A stretch of DNA of 63,327 bases, filler included, from Octopus bimaculoides (taxonomy: Eukaryota), in assembly GCF_001194135.2 (NCBI RefSeq). It is 7 parts of 7 records of this genome, joined end to end, with 100 filler letters (N's around TTAATTAATTAA, not from the genome) between each part and the next. Parts side by side here need not be neighbours in the genome. Positions count along the whole stretch, not along the records: positions 53,196 to 60,776 come from NC_069001.1; positions 60,877 to 63,327 come from NW_026389426.1; 5 more parts are not named here. The stretch is one strand, 5' to 3'. Each line of letters opens with the position of its first letter. The first letter of the stretch is position 1. Of the stretch, positions 56,531 through 63,327 are shown piece after piece. Position numbers and translations under genes: made by a program. Below the pieces are notes generated by a model, which ran no database searches, was not told where the DNA came from, and saw only the letters and a program-made list of their open reading frames with translations.

Positions 56531-56741
56531 CTACATGTATGTGTGTGTGTGTGTGTGTGTGTAACGCAGTTATAAGTGGTTTAACTCTTATTTCTAGCAA
56601 TAAATGTGCTTGTTGCTCATACAGTCACAATTTGCCCAAACGGTTTATATTGCGCTTTGCTGCCCGCATTAATTTTCTCCTATATCTATGTATATATAGT
56701 TTCCAGGTATTCTCCACGTTTTCTTTTTTTCTTTAAATCAG

Positions 56742-56893
56742 GATGAATTTGAAATGAAGTTCAAAGTCCACGGATTCCTAATGAAACAGTGGTACGATTC
56801 CAGATTAATATGGAATTACACGAAATACAATATAACTGATATCCGTCTGCCGAGCAAAGCTATTTGGAGTCCTGATATTACTCTTTATAATTA
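56742..56893 (+). CDS. nAChR-like exon: beta2-loop A (DEFEMKFKVHGFLMKQWYDSRLIWNYTKYNITDIRLPSKAIWSPDITLYN); absent from the ORF track
   Basis: Pyrimidine tract plus aatcAG at 56740-56741 and donor GTAAGT at 56894 (phase 2). W.D.RL.W and IWSPDITLYN are diagnostic Cys-loop receptor motifs. Confidence 0.93.
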
Positions 56894-56962
56894 GTAAGTT
56901 AACATTTTTTGTGATTATTTTTCCCGAGTATAAACATTTTCTTTACAATGTATATCTATTTC

Positions 56963-57184
56963 TAAGGCGGTGAGCTGGCAGAAACGTTCGCACGCCGGGC
57001 AAAATGCTTAACGATATTTCGTCTGCCGTTATGTTCTGAGTTCAAATTCCGCCGAGGTCGACATTGCCTTTCATCCTTTCAGAGTCGATAGATTAAGTAC
57101 CAGCTGCGCACTGGGTTCGAACTAATCGACTGGCCCTCTCCACAAAGCTTTCAGCCTTTGTGCCTATAGTAGAAAGGATTATTA
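56963..57184 (+). mobile_element. SINE family B, full length (intron)
   Basis: taaggcggtgagctggcag...core...gcctatagtagaaagg. Confidence 0.85.
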
Positions 57185-57543
57185 TTATCTCCGCCTTAGC
57201 AAAAGTGTAGATATTATTTTCAGTCGCGTTTGTTTGTTTAACCATGGATAATATATCTCAAGAACCGCTGAATGAATTCGGATGAAACTTTCAGGGATGT
57301 TTGACCTAGTGACTGGCATGAACTGATTAGATTTTGGGATCGATCCAGTACCGGACAAGGATTCTGGACTATTTTTCCATTTTTTTCGACTTAATTTTTG
57401 AGAACGGTCAGGTTCATTTTTAGTATTCTCGTTTGTGAGAGCAGTCGAGTTTATTTCAGATATTCTCATTTTAGAAATCACCAGCTAATCGTTGAGAGGA
57501 TGTTGGTGTTGCTTTGGAGGAGGTTTGTGCTCTCTGAGTGCCC

Positions 57544-57545
<2 letters not shown>
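57185..57545 (+). mobile_element. Family D (DINE/HINE-like), second copy
   Basis: Aligns along its length with 13523-13895. Confidence 0.6.
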
Positions 57546-57590
<45 letters not shown>

Positions 57591-58146
57591 GAGTGAGACA
57601 GTAGTGCATGCCATCAGAGTGACACTGGGGTAAAATATACGAAGCCCATTATACCCATCATGACTACCCGTCTGATAAGGGTACACCAGGCACATGCATC
57701 ACAACCATATGTGCGCGACATGGTGATCTCATATCAAGATAAACAGCGCATGACTTCGCAGGTGGGGCCCAGTCAGAATTTTCCTCAGGTCGAGTAGCCC
57801 ATCCCGCTCAAAAGGTCCCTGTATAAGGATTGTTTAAGGATGTTGAGCAAAACACCCATGTTTCCAAAGATGAATTATTCAAACCCCAAAGAATTCCTCT
57901 CAACACATGGCTATGATGCTCCCCCACTACTTATGCTCGTGATCAGAGATGCGCATATCGTCAACCACCAAGGGACATAATCAACTGGTTAAGGTCAAAC
58001 AACTGACCTTCAGACCTGTGGTATTGAGCAGAATATTTGCCATAGCTCATCTTCTATACCAAGACAAAACAATGTACATGATAACACTTCCAATCAATTA
58101 AGATCAGAAGGCATGAAAGCCACTGCCTGGTACTGCATCAGGGCAT

Positions 58147-58147
<1 letters not shown>
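57591..58147. repeat. Family E repeat, second copy (inverted relative to 43518-44058)
   Basis: Reverse-complement match along its length. Confidence 0.8.
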
Positions 58148-58212
<65 letters not shown>

Positions 58213-58218
58213 CTACAG

Positions 58219-58489
58219 TTTGGAGCACTCAACGTTTACGGACACCGATGAACAATTGATTATTTTTCATACCGGTGCCGTGTTGGAATTCAGCCGAATG
58301 CTCAACATAGCCTTCTGTGAAATCGATATGAAAAAATTCCCGTTTGATACTCAGACTTGTAAATTGGTCTACGGATCCTGGATGTTCGACGGTGACGATG
58401 TGAACCTTACGAGCCAGCATGATGAGCCTTATATATATGAAGAACAAAGACATTACAACAAATGGCGTGTCGAGAGTATGAAATCCCAA
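58219..58489 (+). CDS. nAChR-like exon with Cys-loop and loop B (CEIDMKKFPFDTQTC...GSWMFDG)
   Basis: Acceptor ctacAG at 58217-58218; the first T completes TA|T (Tyr) from the previous exon. C-x13-C at 58316-58360 with FPFD, GSW loop B, donor GTAAGG at 58490 (phase 0). Confidence 0.95.
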
Positions 58490-58504
58490 GTAAGGAAAGA
58501 CAAC

Positions 58505-58884
58505 TCTTTATGTTTATTCTGTTATTCTTTTACTTGTTTCGGCCATTTGACTGCGGCCATGCTGGGGCACTGCCTTGAAGGGTTTTTTTTTTGGTCAAAC
58601 AAATCGACGCAAGGTCTTTATTCTTTGTAACCTTAGTACTTATTCTATCGGTCGCTTTTGCCGAACCGCTAAGTTACAGGGACATAAACACACCAGCTTT
58701 GGTTGTCAAGCGATGGCAGGGGACAAACACAGACACACAAACACGCACAAATACACACACACATATATACGACGGGCTTCTTTCGGTTTCCGTCTACCAG
58801 ATCCACTCGCAAGGCTATAGTAGAAGACACTTGCCCAAGGTGCCACACTGGGACTGAACCTGGAAATATGTGGTTGGGAAGCAA
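58505..58884 (-). mobile_element. SINE family C, near full length (intron)
   Basis: Reverse complement of 37271-37698. Confidence 0.85.
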
Positions 58885-59421
58885 GATTTTTTTTTGTTTT
58901 TGAAGATCTTCGGAAATAAATGTCTGCGGAGTGCTCAGCCACTTGCACGTTAATTTCCCGAGCAAGCTGTTCCGTTGATCGGATCAACTGGAACCCTCGA
59001 CGTCGTATGCGATGGAGTGCCAACAACAACATTCGTTTGTAAAGGAGAACTGTCTCTCATATGTGTTTATTTTGTTGTCTTATAATTGATAAAAAAAATT
59101 CTTGAAGTAAATCATTAAATAAATAAATAGGTATGGCTGTGATTAAGAAGTTCGCATTGCAACTGAGTTCAGTTTAGACCTACTACATGGCATCTTGAGC
59201 AAGACCTTCAACTATAAAACCCCAAGTCCGACTAATTTCTTGTGAGTGAATTTAGTTTTAAAAAAGCTGTGTGAAAGCTGGTCGTGTAAGTATATACATA
59301 CATACATACATACACATATACATGCATACATTCATATATATATCTACACACACCTCCATATTTATATATTTACACACACACATGTCCATATATATATATG
59401 TATATATATGTATGCATACAT

Positions 59422-59490
<69 letters not shown>

Positions 59491-59947
59491 TATATATATA
59501 TACACATACATATGCACCCTCACACACACACACCACAAGGACAATTAAAACAACACATACATACTCAGACAGAGACACACACTTTCACGTACACACACGT
59601 AACATCCTCACCAACACAAAATACACAGACATACATACACACGCACCCACTGACGCACACACACACACACACACACATACACACACACACATACAAATCT
59701 AATGGAGACCTCAAACTACATTTTAAGATTCACAAAGATTCAACTGAATCGCAATTATTTTGCTTGTATGTATGTGTGTGTGTGTGTGTGCGTGTGTATG
59801 TATGTATATACATATATATAGCAATATAGGTGTATGAATGTTGTTGCAAAATGAGCGGCTTAACGACACAGCCATGTTTGCACGAGGATACTTTGAATGA
59901 TGTTTCTTCTCCATGTTGTCAACATTTCTTTCTACATTTTGTCACTG

Positions 59948-60128
59948 ATAAACGTCATAAAATACGCCTGTTGCGAGGAAACCTATCCCGATTACACCGT
60001 CACATTCGTTTTACGCCGGAAGTCAACGTATTTCAGTCACGTGCTCATTTTCCCGGCCATACTCATCAGCGCCTTGGTTCCTTTTTTGTTTTTGTTACCT
60101 CCAGACTCTAAAGAACGTGTCATATTAG
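59948..60128 (+). CDS. nAChR-like exon: loop C with vicinal cysteines, M1 and M1-M2 linker (INVIKYACCEETYPDYTVTFVLRRKSTYFSHVLIFPAILISALVPFLFLLPPDSKERVILG)
   Basis: YACCEETYPD loop C, LRR pre-M1, hydrophobic M1 with Pro, and LPPDSKERVILG. Donor G|GTATGT at 60129 (phase 1, the usual nAChR intron position). The 5' boundary was set by alignment; the acceptor reads TG, not AG. Confidence 0.9.
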
Positions 60129-60351
60129 GTATGTAAGAATGCGCGTTGCAATGAGCTTTCTATGCGGTAAATTTAATTCACAAACACGCACATATACCCA
60201 CACATGACATACATGTATATTTATACATACATATATGTGTATATAAAGAAGCAATGCTACTTTATCTTCGTCTCATTTATATTTGAGCACTTTCGCAGTC
60301 TTATAAACACTTTTCTGTCTGGAAGAGAGACAGATATTGTTTCTTGTGTGC

Positions 60352-60390
<39 letters not shown>

Positions 60391-60479
60391 AAATATATTT
60401 TTTTTTTACCAAAAATTTGGTAAAAAATATAGTATCTGTTAACAATCTTAGCAAAAAGCTCACAGTTGAGTTTTTGTAT

Positions 60480-60776
60480 ATATATCAACTTTAAACAGAG
60501 CTCAAAATTGATCCGTTGAAAATACTTTATTACAACAACAATAATAATAATAATAATAATAATGAAATAGACCTATGTACATGTAACAATGGGACCCTGA
60601 GGAGATGGAGTGTCCTATATTTTATAATATGTTATAATATTTTATGATATGTATTAATCATTCTGGATGTTCTATCGAAATGTACATAGGTCTATTTCAT
60701 TATTATTATTATTATTATGGTTGTAATAAAGTATTTTCAACGGATCAATTTTGAGCTCTGTTTAAAGTTGATATAT
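60480..60776. repeat. Inverted repeat with ~100-bp arms (60480-60582 / 60680-60776)
   Basis: atatatcaactttaaacagagctcaaaattgatccgttg... and its reverse complement; the right arm ends at a gap. Confidence 0.85.
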
Positions 60777-61680
60777 NNNNNNNNNNNNNNNNNNNNNNNN
60801 NNNNNNNNNNNNNNNNNNNNTTAATTAATTAANNNNNNNNNNNNNNNNNNNNNNNNNNNNNNNNNNNNNNNNNNNNGAAGAAGAAGAAGAAGAAGAAGAA
60901 GGTGGTTATGATGATGATGAGGCGGATGAGGAAAGGGAAGGGGAGAAACGGAAGTTGATGATGTTGATATGTAGATGAAAGTCACAACATCATATTTCCG
61001 GCAAATGTTTAAAAATAGATATGGGCTGCGACATATCTGAATGAAATCAATGCACACACACACGTGTATGTAGGTCTTTAGAAGTAAACAAAATAGACAA
61101 GAGAAGAAAATAGAGACAGAAAGATAGAGAGAGAGAGTGTGTGTGTGTGTGTGTGTGAGAGAGAGACAGAGAGCCTATGTGTGTGAAAGTGAGTGAGACA
61201 GACAGAGAGACGGGCAGACAGCCAGAGAGCTAACCACGTGATTCTGTGACTTCTACGAGATGACGTTAACAGTCATCTAGGAAAACTAGTGACGTCAGAA
61301 ATCAACGCGTTTTTATATTCTCGTTTCGATGGAATATCGATCAGGCTTTCACTTCCAACCTCCCACGTTTCCTTGTCCACCCCCACCCCCCAACCCGCCT
61401 CTGTATTTGTCACCTTGCCTCTTATTCTATATTTTCTGTTCTGATTGTTGTGGGGGCCGATAGTGACGACATCGGAACCTCTCTGAACGATGGACGGCTT
61501 TAGAGGAAACGATGCTCGATGTTATGACAAGAATTGTGGGCTGGCTGGTTCGTTGCTGGAAATGTAGGTCGGTTGACTGGGGATCCTTGAGATAAAATCA
61601 CACCACGATACACAGAACGTGAAAGTCCTCGCATCTCATCGTGTGACAAGCCTCGAGTAATCAAATTATTTAAGTCATAG

Positions 61681-61910
61681 CTTGGCTGTGTGGTAAGAAG
61701 CTTGCTTCCCAAACACATGGTCCCGTGTTCAGTCCCACTGCGTAACATCATGGGCCAGTGTTTCTACTATGAACTCGACGTACCAGAGTCTTGTGAGTGG
61801 ATTTGGTAGGCGGAAACTGAGAGAAGCCCGTCGTATATATATATATATATATCTATATATATGCATGTATGTATCTACGTATGTATGTATATGCATACAT
61901 ACATATCTAC

Positions 61911-61962
<52 letters not shown>

Positions 61963-62082
61963 ATGTTTGTGTGTCTGTGTTTGTCGCCCCAACATCGCTT
62001 GACAACCGATGCTGGTGTGTTAACGTCTCCGTAACTTAGCGGTTCGGCAAAAGATCCCGATAGAATAAGTAGTACGCTTACA
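61681..62082 (+). mobile_element. SINE family C (truncated by gap)
   Basis: Head, internal microsatellite and 3' half align with 37271-37698. Confidence 0.85.
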
Positions 62083-63327
62083 NNNNNNNNNNNNNNNNNN
62101 NNNNNNNNNNNNNNNNNNNNNNNNNNNNNNNNNNNNNNNNNNNNNNNNNNNNNNNNNNNNNNNNNNNNNNNNNNNNNNNNNNNNNNNNNNNNNNNNNNNN
62201 NNNNNNNNNNNNNNNNNNNNNNNNNNNNNNNNNNNNNNNNNNNNNNNNNNNNNNNNNNNNNNNNNNNNNNNNNNNNNNNNNNNNNNNNNNNNNNNNNNNN
62301 NNNNNNNNNNNNNNNNNNNNNNNNNNNNNNNNNNNNNNNNNNNNNNNNNNNNNNNNNNNNNNNNNNNNNNNNNNNNNNNNNNNNNNNNNNNNNNNNNNNN
62401 NNNNNNNNNNNNNNNNNNNNNNNNNNNNNNNNNNNNNNNNNNNNNNNNNNNNNNNNNNNNNNNNNNNNNNNNNNNNNNNNNNNNNNNNNNNNNNNNNNNN
62501 NNNNNNNNNNNNNNNNNNNNNNNNNNNNNNNNNNNNNNNNNNNNNNNNNNNNNNNNNNNNNNNNNNNNNNNNNNNNNNNNNNNNNNNNNNNNNNNNNNNN
62601 NNNNNNNNNNNNNNNNNNNNNNNNNNNNNNNNNNNNNNNNNNNNNNNNNNNNNNNNNNNNNNNNNNNNNNNNNNNNNNNNNNNNNNNNNNNNNNNNNNNN
62701 NNNNNNNNNNNNNNNNNNNNNNNNNNNNNNNNNNNNNNNNNNNNNNNNNNNNNNNNNNNNNNNNNNNNNNNNNNNNNNNNNNNNNNNNNNNNNNNNNNNN
62801 NNNNNNNNNNNNNNNNNNNNNNNNNNNNNNNNNNNNNNNNNNNNNNNTATATATATATATATATATATATATTGTATTGCGGAATGGTCATTTTTTTTGC
62901 CAAATAAGCACACGCACTATATACATACATACACGCACACACACACACACGCATATATATATGTAGACATACATAAATACATTTATGTGCGTTCTCAGAA
63001 AGAGATTACCATAGAGTTAAAGTAAAACAACTTGTTTTTCGTTGCCTGACACTATAAACCTGTAAAAACATAAAGAAAACCAATATTCTCTTGCGAATAG
63101 AAGGAAAAAAAACATTAATGTCATAGTTAACCTTCTTTGATAATATTGTATATTTTATCGCGCAAAAAGATTCTGAATAAATGGAACTGGATAACCAGGA
63201 AATTGTTTGGAAGTTATAGAGTTAACAATATAGTATGCAGACATAGATAGATAGATAGATAGATAGATGACTGACGGATGGATAGATGGCTAAAGAGATA
63301 AACATATGTGTGTATGCATATATATAT

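Noticed and set aside
60129-63327. Search for the M2-M3 and M4 exons
   Set aside because: No matching hydrophobic exon is visible; it lies in the 62083-62847 gap or beyond the window. Absence here is not evidence of pseudogenisation.

Overview
Eukaryotic, AT-rich, gap-riddled draft-assembly DNA. The repeat landscape (very dense di/tri/tetranucleotide microsatellites plus abundant tRNA-derived SINE families) points to an octopod cephalopod genome; this is inferred and not proven. Almost all long ORFs in the supplied track are microsatellite or N-gap artefacts. One host gene is supported: four + strand exons (54908-55053, 56742-56893, 58219-58489, 59948-60128) of a divergent Cys-loop nicotinic acetylcholine receptor-like subunit, covering the extracellular domain, M1 and the start of M2. 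The signal-peptide exon and the M2-M4 exons were not found. The subunit keeps the alpha-type principal face (loop A Y, loop B W, loop C Y-x-CC-x4-Y) but has a divergent complementary face and pore entrance. Its loop C/M1 exon is preceded by TG instead of AG. The rest is transposon debris: two mariner remnants, a Tc1 remnant, a Helitron 3' end, REL-type non-LTR fragments (HERO-like, R4/Dong-like), a hAT MITE with TSD, DINE/HINE-like elements and several SINE families. Reading the repeats as RNA shows five minimal type I hammerhead-like motifs in Penelope-like termini, one linked to a tRNA-like head. A separate hammerhead-like motif at about 29463-29515 has its core segments in a non-circularly permuted order. 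Repeat boundaries were placed by eye and are approximate.
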